A stretch of 64,000 bases of DNA from Octopus vulgaris (Eukaryota): contig OX597837.1 in assembly GCA_951406725.2 (NCBI GenBank), positions 12,834,001-12,898,000 on the forward strand, written 5' to 3'. A program made the position numbers and the translations under genes. The stretch's first letter is position 1, and every line of letters starts with the position of its first letter. Below are positions 25,083 through 38,503 of this stretch, piece by piece. The notes beneath the pieces were generated by a model. The model was given only the letters and a program-made list of their open reading frames with translations. It was not told the DNA's origin and ran no database searches.

Positions 25083-25119
25083 CTTTCGTTCATGGCCAAA
25101 ACTGTAAACTTGATTGTAT
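25083..25119 (-). CDS. TTLL12: TTLL12 exon 4, 37 nt (LYNQVYSFGHERK)
   Basis: TTTTCCAG acceptor, GTAATT donor; restores phase 2->0. Confidence 0.85.
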
Positions 25120-26258
25120 CTGGAAAAGTAACAAAAAAAAAGGGGGGAAAATATTAAAAATTAAATCTTCAAAACCAAAACAGGATTTAAATACATTTTC
25201 TTTTCCCATCATTACAACCACAGTTTAGCCATCATTGGGAATAGATTTTTCTATTCCACCATAAAATTGTTAATGCATGAAGCTACATAAGGGCAGCCTT
25301 CGAACATAGACACGTTCTTAATCTCACACCTTACACTTCATTCTGTCCCCTACATTTGCTGGTCGAGTCCTCGTCATTATCGTTTAACCCTTTCATCATC
25401 ATCATCGTTTAACGTCCGTTTTCCGTACTAGCACGGGTTGGACGGTTCGACCGGGGTCTGGGGAGCCAGGGGCTGCCCCAGGCTCCAGTCTGATCTGGCA
25501 GTGTTTCTACAGCTGGATGCCCTTCCTAACGCCAACCACTCCGCGAGTGTAGTGGGTGCTTTTTACGTGCCACCTGCACAGGTGCCAGAGGGGTCTGGCA
25601 TCGGCCACGATCAGTTGGTGCTTTTTTTTTTGTGCTACCAGCACAGAAGCCAGTCAAGGCAGTGTATTTATTTTGAGATGCTCTGTGTTTCTTTCAATTA
25701 ATTTTAAATATAACAAAGAATTTAGTAAAATAACTTGGTTACCATTAAGCTAGTGTTAGGAACATAAATTGTGACTAAAGTTTGGTGGAAGATTTTAATA
25801 CAAAACCTATGAAAACAAGACATTTGTGCTACAGAGCCTGAGGTGATTTCAGCCAGGTTGGTATTAAAAGGGTTAAGAATTGTTTCTCTATTATATATTT
25901 TAACCCTTTTGTTACCATATTTCTGTTGAGATGCTCTGTGTTTCTTTTAATTAATTTTAAATATAACAAAGAATTTAGTAAAATAACTTAGTATTATCAT
26001 TAAGCTAGTGTTAGGAACATAAATTGTGACTAAGGTTTGGTGGAAGATTTTGATGCAAAACTTATGAAAACAAGACATTTGTACTACAGAGCCAGCAGGA
26101 ACATTTACTACTACTACTACTACTGCCGCCACCACCACCACCACCATCATGTAAACATACCAATGATTCCAGGATGCCACACTAAATAGATATATAATGA
26201 AGTTACAGAAAAATCTATTCAAACGATGACGAATTAATGAATTAATTAATCTACTTAC

Positions 26259-26423
26259 AGCCACATTTTATTGAGAATTTCTTGGATAATTTCATCGGAG
26301 GATTTTTCATCGACAGGAATGTTCATCAAAGAAGCCATTCTGTCTACGAGACTTGGAATTTGCTTCAGATGCTTCTCAGCATTTCTTACATCGTACGTCC
26401 AGGCGTGGTCAATCAGGTAGATG
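26259..26423 (-). CDS. TTLL12: TTLL12 exon 3 (HIYLIDHAWTYD...KMW)
   Basis: CAG/GTAAG, 165 nt, phase 2->2; LIDHAWT motif of the SET-like region. Confidence 0.93.
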
Positions 26424-27365
26424 CTGCAACAAAGTGGAATACAGGGTAATCGTTAGTGTACTGGGCATTTTTTTTTTTATTAGTCTCTAATCAGCCACCA
26501 CCACCCTCATCAGCAATATCACCACTCCGATCATCATCACTCTACCACCACCACCACCACCATCAGCTTACCATCATCACCTCACCACCACTGCTGTCAT
26601 CACTCCCGCCAGCACAACTATTGCCACCACCATCGCCTCATCACCACTGCTCCTATCATTGCCCCTATCATCCCCCACCAGTAGTACCCATCACCAGTCA
26701 TCATCACTCTACCACCACCACTCCAACACTATCATGACCTCACTGCCACTGCCATTATCACCCCCACCAGCAAAACCACGGACACCACCATCATCCCATC
26801 TCATTACTTCACCAACACCATCAATTTGATTGAATTGTGTTTTGATAGTTCAACTCACGTCTGATGAAGTGGCCTGGTTATTTCTGCTCTATTATGCAAT
26901 CCTTTAATAAACAATAATTAGCCATTCCCATAGAAATGTTTATCACATAACTGAGAAGTCAACTTCACTGTTATTCATCTATATTTTACTCTGTGAAAAA
27001 TGCACAGCTTCTAGTTGTTTGTGCATACAGTGGATTCACAGGGTGATTAATATTATGAATTAACTAGTTAATATTGTATTATTTGTTTCATTAATTGGCT
27101 TAATGGACAGTAAGTATTGTTGGTACTCCTTTCAAGTAGTCTGTTAACCAAGTACTTACATGAAGTCTTACACCATTTCAAGTTATGTCTATTTCACCTT
27201 CGTGTTTTTCTTTAAGAAATTAATGAGAAAAATATAAAATATTAAGGGACTAGTATACTTTCATGCGTTATAGCAATCTTCAAGGTCCCAGGTTGTGACA
27301 GGAGTGTTTCAATTGGAGTTTCTTTGAATAATATATATCCCTCTATACACAATCATACAAACCCC

Positions 27366-27410
<45 letters not shown>

Positions 27411-27619
27411 ACAAAGGGTAAAATTAATGAATTAATTAAGAAGTAATCAATAATTTCACCAAGCAGAATTCGGCATGAAAGAAGAACCATTTCATGGTAA
27501 ACTTTTAATAAATAGGGTTCAGCAAAGATTTGCTTTACCACATACCAACGTTTTTTGGCGGCTATTTCTAAATTTCGGTATGTGGTAAAGCAAATCTTTG
27601 CTGATCCCTATTTATTAAG

Positions 27620-27651
<32 letters not shown>

Positions 27652-28097
27652 CATATATACATACATATATGTACATACCTACATATATATATGCATATAT
27701 ACATACATATATGTACATACCTACATATATATATATATGTGCATATATACATACATATATGTACATACCTACATATATATGTATATACACATGCATATAT
27801 GAGTACAGGACGTAAAAAAAACATGAACATTTGCTTCTTTCGGTGTTCAAAAATAAGTTCATTTTCCATTTTTGCTTTTCCTGTTCTCATTTTCATGTTG
27901 CTTACGTTTTAGTTTTGGACGTCCTGTACCTATATATGCATGTGTATATACATATATATGTAGATATGTACATATATGTATGTATATGTGCATATATATA
28001 CATATTATTTATGTTATATGATTGAACGCCACACATCCGTGTGTGTGTGTGTGTGTGTGTAGACAATTTGGTAATGGAATTTCTAAAGAAACTTAAC

Positions 28098-28231
28098 TGT
28101 TTTCCATCGTCTGCTGCCATGTCCGAAAGTGTGACCACCTTCCATAGGGGTCTGTTGTCTTCCTCATCTTTCTCTTCCTCTTCATCGTAATCTATCAGCA
28201 GAATCGTAAACATTTCCCCTGCATCAAAGAC
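28098..28231 (-). CDS. TTLL12: TTLL12 exon 2 (VFDAGEMFTILLIDYDEEEEKDEEDNRPLWKVVTLSDMAADDGK)
   Basis: AG acceptor, GTTAAG donor, phase 0->2; VFDAGE motif plus acidic stretch as in TTLL12. Confidence 0.88.
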
Positions 28232-30411
28232 CTTGTGGAACGAGAACATAAAAATGAGAGAAAATAAGGGAGAACAATTGAATTTACACAAGAATATAGA
28301 CATCATCATCGTCATAGTTTTAACGTCCACTTTTTCAATGCCTGCATGGCTCAGACAAAGTTGAGAGATTGTCTATGGCTGGATTCCCCTTCTTGTTGCC
28401 AGCAGATCTAAAGACACAACAATGATGATGGTGATATATGGTAGGCTTCTTCTAGTTTCCATCTCTCAAATTTCACTGACAACCCATGACTATAGAACAC
28501 ACTCACTGACAATGTCCATACAACGGGATTGAACCCTTGACCATGTAATTCTGAAGCGAACTTCTTAACCACGTGACCGTTACACTGAATGTAACAATTT
28601 ATAAAATTGATGACTTTTAAATTGATGTTATTTATGTGAAGGGTTTAGTGGTTATAATGCCGGTGCCACATAAAAAGCACTGATGCCGGTGCCATGTATA
28701 AAGCACCCATGCTGGTGCCACATAAAAAGCATCCACGTTGGTGCCACGTATAAAGTACCTATGTAGACACCACATATAAAGCACCGATACCGGTGCCACG
28801 TACAAAGCACCCAATACATTCGGTAAAAGAGCTGGCATTGGGAAGGGCAACCAGCTGTAGAAACCCTAACAGATCAGATAATTGGAACCTGGACAGCTCT
28901 CTCTGGCTGGTCAACTCCTGTCAAACTGTCCAACTCATGCCAGCATGGAAAACCGACACTAAATGCTGATGAGGATGAAGAATGGTAAAAGCACCGAAAT
29001 ATTAGGGCAGAAACACAATTTGTTTTGTTCCTGTTGCTGCTGCGGTGGTTCTCTCTTTACTCTTTTACTTGTTTCAGTCATTTGACTGCGGCCATGCTGG
29101 AGCACCACCTTTAGTCGAGGAAATCGACCCCGGAACTTATTCTTTTGTAAGCCCAGTACTTATTCTATCGGTCTCTTTTTGCCGAACCGCTAAGTGATGG
29201 GGATGTAAACACACCAGCATTGGTTGTCAAGCAATGCTAGGGGCACAAACACAGACACACAAACACACACACACACATATATATATACATATATACGACG
29301 GGCTTCTTTCAGTTTCCGTCTACCAAATCCACTCACAAGGCATTGGTCGACCCGGGGCTATAGCAGAAGACACTAGCCCAAGATGCCACGCAGTGGGACT
29401 GAACCCGGAACCATGTGGTTGGTAAGCAAGCTACTTACCACACAGCCACTCCTGCGCCTATTCGTGTTTTTTTTTGTTTTTTTTGTTTCTCTTTACTTTC
29501 AAGAATTTTTCTACAAATAGTTTAATTTTGATTGGGATAAACAACACAAAATAAAACAAAAACTAACAATAAATGAGGAGAAACTCCCTTGGTGGAGATG
29601 ACTGAGTTTTGACCGAAGATTAGCTGGGAAAAAATACGAAAATATGTCAAGTATTTTGCATAGATTGAATTCTTTATTACACAGGAGATTAGGAATTTGA
29701 TGGCTTAACTATATTTCTATTCAATATATACATACACATGCAAACACACACATACATGCGTAGATGCATGCATGTATAGGCACGCACACACACTGACCCA
29801 CACACATGTGCACAAACAAAGAAAAGGGAACGCAGTGTAAATAACGGACAGAGTCAAGACTATTGAAAAGGTTGCAAGACGCAACGAAAATTTTAGGAAA
29901 ATAAAAATAAGGAAAATGTGGAAATTTTACCGGTGAGTGTGTTACATTATAAGGCACAAAAAGAAAATTGCATTCCCCAGACAACAGAATATTCAAATTT
30001 AATTCTGAAAATAATAAAGATTTTAATAAAATAGCCATCACAACTAATCTGATGTTTGGAGCATAAATTGATGTAAAATTTTGATGGCAGGTTGTAAATT
30101 TAGATCACTTTAACCCTTTTGTTACCATATTTCTATAGAAATACACTGACTGCCTTTCAATTAATTCTGAAAATTAATTAAGAATTTAGCTAAATAACTT
30201 TCTCATTATTAAGCTGGTGTTTCAAACAGAAATTATCATAGGCGCAGGAGTTGCTGTGTGGTAAGTAGCTTGCTTACCAACCACATGGTTCCGGGTTCAG
30301 TCCCACTGCGTGGCATCTTGGGCAAGTGTCTTCTGCTATAGACCCAGGCTGACCAATGCCTTGTGAGTGGATTTGGTAGACGGAAACTGAAAGAAGCCTG
30401 TCGTATATATG

Positions 30412-30448
<37 letters not shown>

Positions 30449-31214
30449 GTTTGTGTGTCTGTGTTTGTCCCCCTAGCATTGCTTGACAACCGATGCTGGT
30501 GTGTTCGGCAAAAGAGACCGATAGAATAAGTACTGGGCTTACAAAGAATAAGTTCCGGGGTCGATTTGCTCGACTAAAGGCGGTGCTCCAGCATGGCCAC
30601 AGTCAAATGACTGAAACAAGTAAAAGAGTAAAAAGAGAGTATTTGCCGTAACAAACATCAAGGAGAAACTCATAAAATCAGTCACCCAAAAGGGGACTTC
30701 TTTCCCCTCCATTGCAGAATTGGCATACTAAACAGCTTCTCAAACAGGTTTTTAATTATTGCCTCTTTCTCTTTTACTGCGGAGGCAGGTGGCTTAGTGG
30801 TTAGGGTATCAACATCATGATCGTAAGATTGTGGTTTCGATTCCTGGACCGGGCGATGCGTTGTGTCCTTGAGCAAAACACTTCATTTCACGTTGCTCCA
30901 GTTTACTCAACTGGCAAAAATGAGTAACGCTGCGATGGACTGGCATCCCGTCCAGCTGGGGAACACATACGCCATAGAAACCAGGAAACCGGGCCCATGA
31001 GCCTGGCTAGGCTTTAAAAGGGCGCATTTATTTTCTCTTTTACTAATACTTTTTCAACACTGTCTTGCTACATTCAGCAAAATTAAATATGCTACATGTA
31101 GACATACGCATACAAACCAGGACATTGCTTAATGTTACAAGTGCAATTTATTGCATGAATGGAAATAACTACATTGACAATTCTTTTATATTATATTTTA
31201 CCGTTTATTGTTTA

Positions 31215-31636
31215 CTAGCAGTATCGCCCGGCATTGCTCAGGTTTGTTTTGACCCTTTAGAATTGGATTTTTTGAAAAGTAAAAATTTTGCATTATGTAG
31301 CTTGTTATTCTCTTTAAGTGAACATTTTTCTGGTTGAAATACACCGAAAAATGGCGACACAGCAGTAAAAAAAATCATTAAAAAATAGGGATTTTCATAG
31401 AAAAAAAAGCACCTTTTTGATGTAAATAATTTTTGGTGTTAACATGGTCCGATTTGAATTTTTTCTTCTTCGGAAGGAAGAGCAAGCTTTCTTCTTCGGA
31501 AGGAAGAGCAAGCTTTCTTCTATCATACTCTCAATTTTGGTCAATTTGTGCCACAGGGTTCTTGGAGGAGATAGTGTTAGCTGAAGGCTACCAAACCTGC
31601 CATACACAGACAACTTCAGCTTTTTATATAGAGAGA
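31215..31636 (-). mobile_element. Non-autonomous Helitron-like element (copy 2)
   Basis: Reverse-complement homolog of 51694-52081 with a short internal duplication. Confidence 0.75.
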
Positions 31637-34404
31637 GTTAATTTATATGCATGGGTGATATTCAGTGTTGTTTATTTACTTCTACACATATCTAAGTTCT
31701 TTATTTATTCCTGATGTTGTTATTGTGATTGGGCAAACAAATCACAATCATTTAACATTTTTATCCTCGTATTACCTGTAAGGTCCCTTTTTTTTTTTAC
31801 AAATCAAGCCTGGCTGCATGATTAAGAAGCTTGTATTGTAATCATGTGGTTTGGGGTTCATTCCCACTGCACAGCACCAAGAATAAGTATCTTCTATGAC
31901 CCCAGCCAACCAATGCCATGTTAGTGAATTTGGTAGAGAGAAACTGTGTGGAAGTCCATATGTGCACATGTGTATCTTTGTTCCCATTACCACTGCATGG
32001 CAACTGCTGTTGGTTTGTTTATGTCCCCATAACTTAGTGGGTCATCAAAGGAAATTAATAGAATAGGTACCAGACTTTAAAAATAAGTCCTGGAGATGAT
32101 TATACACACACACATATATGATGGGCTTCTTTCAGTTTCTGGCTACCAACTCCTTGCACTCACAAGGCTTTGGTCAGCTCGAGGCTACAGTAGAAGACAC
32201 TTGCCCAAGGTGCCACACAGTGGGATTGAACTGAGAATCATGTGGTTGAGAAGCAAGCTTCTTACCACACTGCCATAAATAAATAACAATTTAATAAATA
32301 AAACATGCATACATACATACATATATGGGTACTAGTCGCGTAGACTGGACCCGGTGCACGCAGACGCGCATCTGCGCTAGCCAGTCGTTAGTAGTCGATC
32401 CTACAGCGACTTGCGTATGCAAATGAGCTGATTGGCGCAACACAACAAAAACTAAGTTAATAGCGAGCTCCTACTAAGTTAATAGCTCGTTCTTTTCTTA
32501 ACTATAGAATGCGTAAACCAGAATTCCGCCCAAAGCTAAAATGTGTTGTTTTTGATTTTTAGTGTTTTGTTTCGTTGATACCATCATCATCATCATCGTT
32601 TAGCGTCCGTTTTCCATGCTAGCATGGGTTGGACGGTTCTACTGGGGTCTGTGAAGCCAGAAGGCTTCATCAGGCCCAGTCAAATCTGGCAGTGTTTCTA
32701 CGGCTGGATGCCCTTCCTAACGCCAACCACTCCGAGAGTGTAGTGGGTGCTTTTTACGTGCCACCCGCACAGGTGCCAGACAGAGCTGGCAAACGGCCAC
32801 GAACGGATGGTGCTTTTTATGTGCCACCGGCACGAGGGCCAGGCGAGGCTGGCAACGGACACGAAACGGGGCGGTGCTGGCAACGGTCGCGAAACAGAAG
32901 GTTCTCTTACATGCCACCGGCACTGGTAACACATCTGCAATTTCCATTGATCGATTTCCATTGATTTCGATTCTGGAGAGGAGACTTATAGCATTGCCCT
33001 GTATGATGGTTAGTGCGAGCCATGCGCCCCCTGTCTACCGCCAGTTCCCCCAGCTGTCAGAATTTTTGAAATACAGTAAAAAGGAAACGATTATTTTAAG
33101 ATTAGTAAACATTTTACCAACAATAATGATTTTTTTAAAAAATTGGCTTAACCCCGTCCCCAACAAGGTAATTTTACTGTAGGCTTCAACAGGAAAATCG
33201 GTTACTGGTGACAAGCCAACAATGTGGGGTCAGAATTTAGTTGCCAGGCAGCTAGAGGAAGGGTAGCACAGTGACAGATCACAGACGAACATAACACTAA
33301 TTGCCTCGTATGAAATGGTTCACTGTGTTAACTTATGAGACTCCTGTCAACGACCAAGTCTCTTCAATGTAAACTTATAGTAACCAAATTTCCCCCACGT
33401 AGAAATAAAACATTTCTATGAAGTAAAGGGTTACTTTACGTCTGGTTAAAAGTAAACTCCTTTGATCAGGTCTGCACGACCAGGGCAGTGTTGGGACTGG
33501 GAACTGTTCAGCTGAAGTTAAAGACGAGAGTTCAGTTGGGTCTTTGGAGAAACTGAAAACAAGGAGCAAACACAGACCTTGCACAACTTCGGTCAAGAGA
33601 TATCTTCCACCGAGCTGTTAGAAATAGCAGCCGAATGTTTTTTTAAAGTCAAACTGAACAATGCAGTATTGGATTTACAACAAAGCGGGATGGCCACGAC
33701 CAAAATGCATATATGAGTACAGGACACCACAAATAAACGTAGAACACAACGAGAAACGAAAACATAAAATCAAACAAGGAAACGGACTTTTTTTTAACAA
33801 CGAAAAAACAGAGTACAAGACAAACAATACAAGGAATATTCCCCTTCTTCAGCTGCCCCTGGTTCGACTCAATGCGTGTATCGAAGGTAAATAAATACAT
33901 ACATATCTTGTATCTTTTACATATTTTCAATAGTACTGCAACCATTCTGGCGCAGCACAAGTCTGGTATTAATTCTATCGATCACTTTTGCCAAAGTTAC
34001 AGGGACATAAACAAAGCAACAATGGCTGTTAAGCAGTAGAGTTGAGGGGGTCAAACACACCCCGCACACCACATTCACTGTCAAGCTAGGCCAACGAGCG
34101 AGGGTAAAGAATACGCACACCACTCGTCTTCGGCGTAACCCTAACCATAAATGTTAACCCTGGCGAAGGTAAAGAATACGCACACCCAGTGTTTAGGGTA
34201 AGGGTTACGCCGAAAACGGCCAAGGTGCTTCACAGTGGGTCTGACACCGAAACCGTGTTGTTACAGAGCAAGCTTCTAAACCATATTACGGAACATATTT
34301 TCCATGCTTGTCGGACTGAAGGAAACACCTGAGAGCTATGTCTCTCGAGGCTGTGTAGCAATATTCTGTTAGTGTCTTTCATCATATCGGGGGGGTCAAG
34401 TTAA

Positions 34405-34650
34405 GGGGCAAATAACTGCTTCCTTAGCCAAACGGAAGAAAACCTTGAAGTAACGGGACCTGACAGTGAACAACCTCTTCCAACCTGTGGCGTTTGAGAC
34501 GTTCGGAAGGACTGGTGGACCACTAACAGCGAAGTTTTTATCAACGTTGGCAGCTGGCCTTACCGAAGTATCAAGTGATGTCCGTGAGGGCACTTGGCTT
34601 TCCCAAAAGCCTTAGTTTCGCCATCACCCGTGGTAATGTGACGAGTGTGC
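34405..34650 (+). mobile_element. CRE-like non-LTR retrotransposon fragment (restriction-like endonuclease C-terminus)
   Basis: KRKKTLK*RDL...FQPVAFETFGRTGG...FLSTLAAGLTEVSSDVRE..WLSQ. Confidence 0.62.
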
Positions 34651-35434
34651 TGGCTTGCTTCAGTATGTCCCGTTAAACTTTGAGGTGTGTGACCTGTTAC
34701 TGTGATGTAAACCAAAGAATTTCCCACAAATGCTTGCTTGGTACTGCGCAAACCGGGACCACTCTACGATACTAGTACCTGCTTTCAATACAGTTTTAAC
34801 AGAAAAATTTGGAAGGATTAGATGAGAGTTCTCCGGTAATTTTGTTTCATGTAAATAAATGTTTGGTGCTACAAGCGAACAGTGACCTCGGTGCGCGCAC
34901 GTTAATTTTATGTTAATTTTAAAATTTATCAGCAAATCTTATAAAATGACAACGTTCTAAAAGATGTATGTATTTATATGTTATATATGAAAATAAACAA
35001 ATATTTTAAAGTACGAGTTGAGTACCAGGGTCGATGTAATCAACTTACCCCACCTCCCCCGAAATTGCAGGCCTCGTGCCAAATTTTGAAGCCAAAATGG
35101 GTTCAGAATAGAACGGAGCCAATGTATCAAGGGAATAGAATATGAAATTTTGAAGAAAAACAAAAAGACAGTTGGATTTTAGGGATGTCTTTTTGTTTGG
35201 GTGGAGGCGTCGGACAAAAATGGTTGAAGAAAGACTTCTGTAACGAAAGTGAAAACTACTTTTGCGTCGTATACACCAGGATCGTATCGTTAGGATGTAA
35301 AGCGAATGTTATCGTTTTTTTAAGTCTTGATATAAAACCAAAATAAAATGTAAGAAACACGAAAAGAAATCCTGCGGAAACCTGGACATGACACAAGCAC
35401 CTGCAGGAAAAACCAAATATTCTAAGAATCTTAC

Positions 35435-35557
35435 CTGTCCACGAAGTTTGTTGAATAATGTTTCCCAAAACCTTTTGGGAACGGTCTGCAGTTGGGGTCC
35501 ATGGAGTCGCTTAAAGGAATCAAAGTCGATATTATCACTGCTAATTAATTTGGACAT
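35435..35557 (-). CDS. TTLL12: TTLL12 coding exon 1 (MSKLISSDNIDFDSFKRLHGPQLQTVPKRFWETLFNKLRGQ)
   Basis: ATG at 35557, 123 nt, GTAAG donor; resembles the TTLL12 N-terminus (F..LHGP.L..VP..W..L..KL). Confidence 0.88.
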
Positions 35558-35624
35558 CTCCGTCGTTTTCTTGCCAACACGTGCGCGGAGAGTAACGTTC
35601 CATTAAGATGTGTACACTAAAAAT

Positions 35625-35670
35625 GTGACGTCACGAGTTTGTATGTTCTACGTCATGGCAATTATGACGT
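35625..35670. promoter_or_regulatory. Candidate TTLL12 proximal promoter CRE/ATF sites
   Basis: GTGACGTCAC palindrome ~70 bp upstream of the ATG plus two TGACGT half-sites. Confidence 0.45.
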
Positions 35671-36719
35671 GTTAAATTTTGGTAAGGTTTTGGGGTTCTT
35701 TGAAATGCGTTCGGGTGGACTTCGATGTAACTCGACAAAACCAAAATTTACCGTTTTTTTTTTTTTTTTTTTCGTATTTCCATTTCTTGGATCTTTTCGG
35801 GTTGACCGGCAGTTTTTTTTTAATAATTTCCACGTAACTAAACTTTTAAACTTCGTATACTGGTAGAATGTGTTTATAAAACATCTTTTTCTCTTGGCTT
35901 TCTAGAGAAAATTCTATGGTTTGTAAGATATTTATTGTTTTTTTTTTCTTCACTTTCTGCAATTTCAACCAATCAATGACGTCTATTCTCTTGGCTTTAT
36001 CGAGAAAATTCTATAGTTTGTAAAATATTTGTTGTTTTTTTTTTTCTTCAATTTCTGCAATTTCAACCAATTACTGACATCTATTGAGGTAAAAAAAAAA
36101 AACGTTCTGTGCTGTATGAATATGTCCCTCGTTTAAGAAACAGATTGGGTTTATTTACATTTGTGAAGAAAAAAAGATACCCTTCCCCCTAACCCTAACC
36201 CTAAAACAGATTGAAATGCAATAGATGGATACTAGGGTCATAATTATGGGTGACAATTTCATATGACACCACTAGAAAAAAACTGCCGTGTTGCAGACGT
36301 CAGGCAAGAATGATTGGCTGCCAAGTCGTTTTAACAGATTGCATTCTGAAACCGATAAGTAATTTACGATGAAAGACAAGAAGCAGTGTCTGTAGATAAA
36401 TTCTTTGCGTTTAATCCAGTCCAAGTTTTTAAAGATTTGATTTCCACCTATTTTACACGTTGCCTTATTTTCTTTCATCTGCCTGACTCTGCGTGTATTT
36501 TTAACGTAACAGGTACTCTTTTACACTTTTACTTGTTTCAGTCGTTTGACTGCAGCCATGCCGGAGCACCGCCTTTTTAGTCGATCAAATCGACCCCAGG
36601 ACTTATTCTTTTGAAAGCCCAGTACTTATTCTATCGGTCTCTTTTGCCGAGCCGCTAAGTTACGGGGACGTAAACACACCAGCATCGGTTGTCAAGCGAT
36701 GTTGGGGGGACAAACACAA

Positions 36720-36770
<51 letters not shown>

Positions 36771-38503
36771 CATATATACAACGCGCTTCTTTCAGTTTCC
36801 GTCTACCAAATCCACTCACAAGGCTTTGGTCGGCCTGGAGCTATAGCAGAAGACACTTGCCCAAGATGCCACGCAGTGGGACTGAACCCGGAACCATGTG
36901 GTTAGTAAGCAAGCTACTTACCACACAGCCACTCCAACGCCTATACTTGCAATGAATGAACAACTTCGTATGGTTTGTGCGGTGATAAAAGAAACCATGT
37001 TTAACTGTTGTAGAATTATTATATGCAGCCTTCCACAAATCCATCTGTCACTCTCCCAACCACATGGTTCCCACTGCGTGGTACCTTGAGCAAGTGTCTT
37101 CTACTATAGCCTCAGGTCGACCAAAGCCTTGTGATTGTATATGGTAGACGGAAACTGAAAGAAACCTGTTGTACATATATATATGTTTGTGTGTGTGTCT
37201 GTGTTTACTCCCCACCACCATCGCTTGACAACCGATGTTGGTGTGTTTATGTCCCCGTTACTTAGCAGTTCGATAAACGAGACCGATAGAATAAAGTACC
37301 AGGCCTAGAAAGAATAAGTCCTGGGATCGATTTCTTCGACTAAAATGCGGTGCTCCAGCATGGCCACAGTCAAATGACTGAAACAAGTAAAAGAATAAGA
37401 TACCTGTTTGTTTAGAATAAACAAAAACGTTGAGAGCGCGCACACGCGTGGGCGTGTGTGTGTGTGTGTGAACATTCCCACACCTTTAATATAATTCGGT
37501 AGTCTGATACCACAGGTTTCGTGTAGATATATTCAGGGTTATTCAATCCGAATTTGAATAAACAGATGACGAATCTGCCATTTCAACTGGTGAGAGTGTC
37601 ATATGCGATTTCATGATAACACGAAATTTACACGATCAAGAAGCAGTGGTAAACGAAATATATAAAAGGCTCAAGAGTGGCTGTGTGGTAAGTAGCTTGC
37701 TAACCAACCACATAGTTCCGGGTTCAGTCCCACTGCGTGGCACCTTGGGCAAGTGTCTTCTGCTATAGCCCCGGGCCGACCAATGCCTTGTGAGTGGATT
37801 TGGTAGACGGAAACTGAAAGAAGCCTGTCGTATATATGTATATATATATATGTATGTGTTTGTGTGTCTGTGTTTGTCCCCCTAGCATTGCTTGACAACC
37901 GATGCTGGTGTGTTTATGTCCCCGTCACTTAGCGGTTCGGCAAAAAGAGACCGATAGAATAAATACTGGGCTTACAAAAGAATAAGTCCCAGGGTCGATT
38001 TGCTCGACTAAAGGTGGTGCTCCAGCAGGGCCGCAGTCAAATGACTGAAACAAGTAAAAGAGTAAGAGAGAATTATAAAGTTTATTATATGTATGTACTG
38101 TTGCCAGACTTTGGCATTCAAAGCTCTACAAATCTCTAAACATCATGTAACTGCAGAGTTCCAAAAGCTCCGTCGCCTTTGTCTGAAATGAAAACAATGT
38201 ACCAGGACCGCAATTCTTCAGTATTCTCTTTCATGAAGATGCAGGTTTGACTGTGGTTAAGACACCCACTTTGCCACCACATGGTTTCAGGTTCAGTCCC
38301 ATTATGCAGCACCTTGGGCAAGTATTTTTTTTCCACTTCAGCACCTGACAAACCAATATCTAGTGAGTCTGGTAGACAGAAACTGTGTAGAAGCCTGTGA
38401 CACACACACACACACATTCTTACTCGTTTCAACCATGCGGCTGTAATCAAGCAAGAGCACCACCATGGTATATATATATATATATACATATATGTATGTA
38501 TTT

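Noticed and set aside
33830-33890. Hammerhead candidate (minus-strand CUGAAGA)
   Set aside because: No GAAA after the putative stem II and no convincing stem I.
36187-36205. Telomeric (CCCTAA)n (also near 34135-34207)
   Set aside because: Only 2-3 units, embedded in dispersed repeats; not a telomere or meaningful interstitial array.
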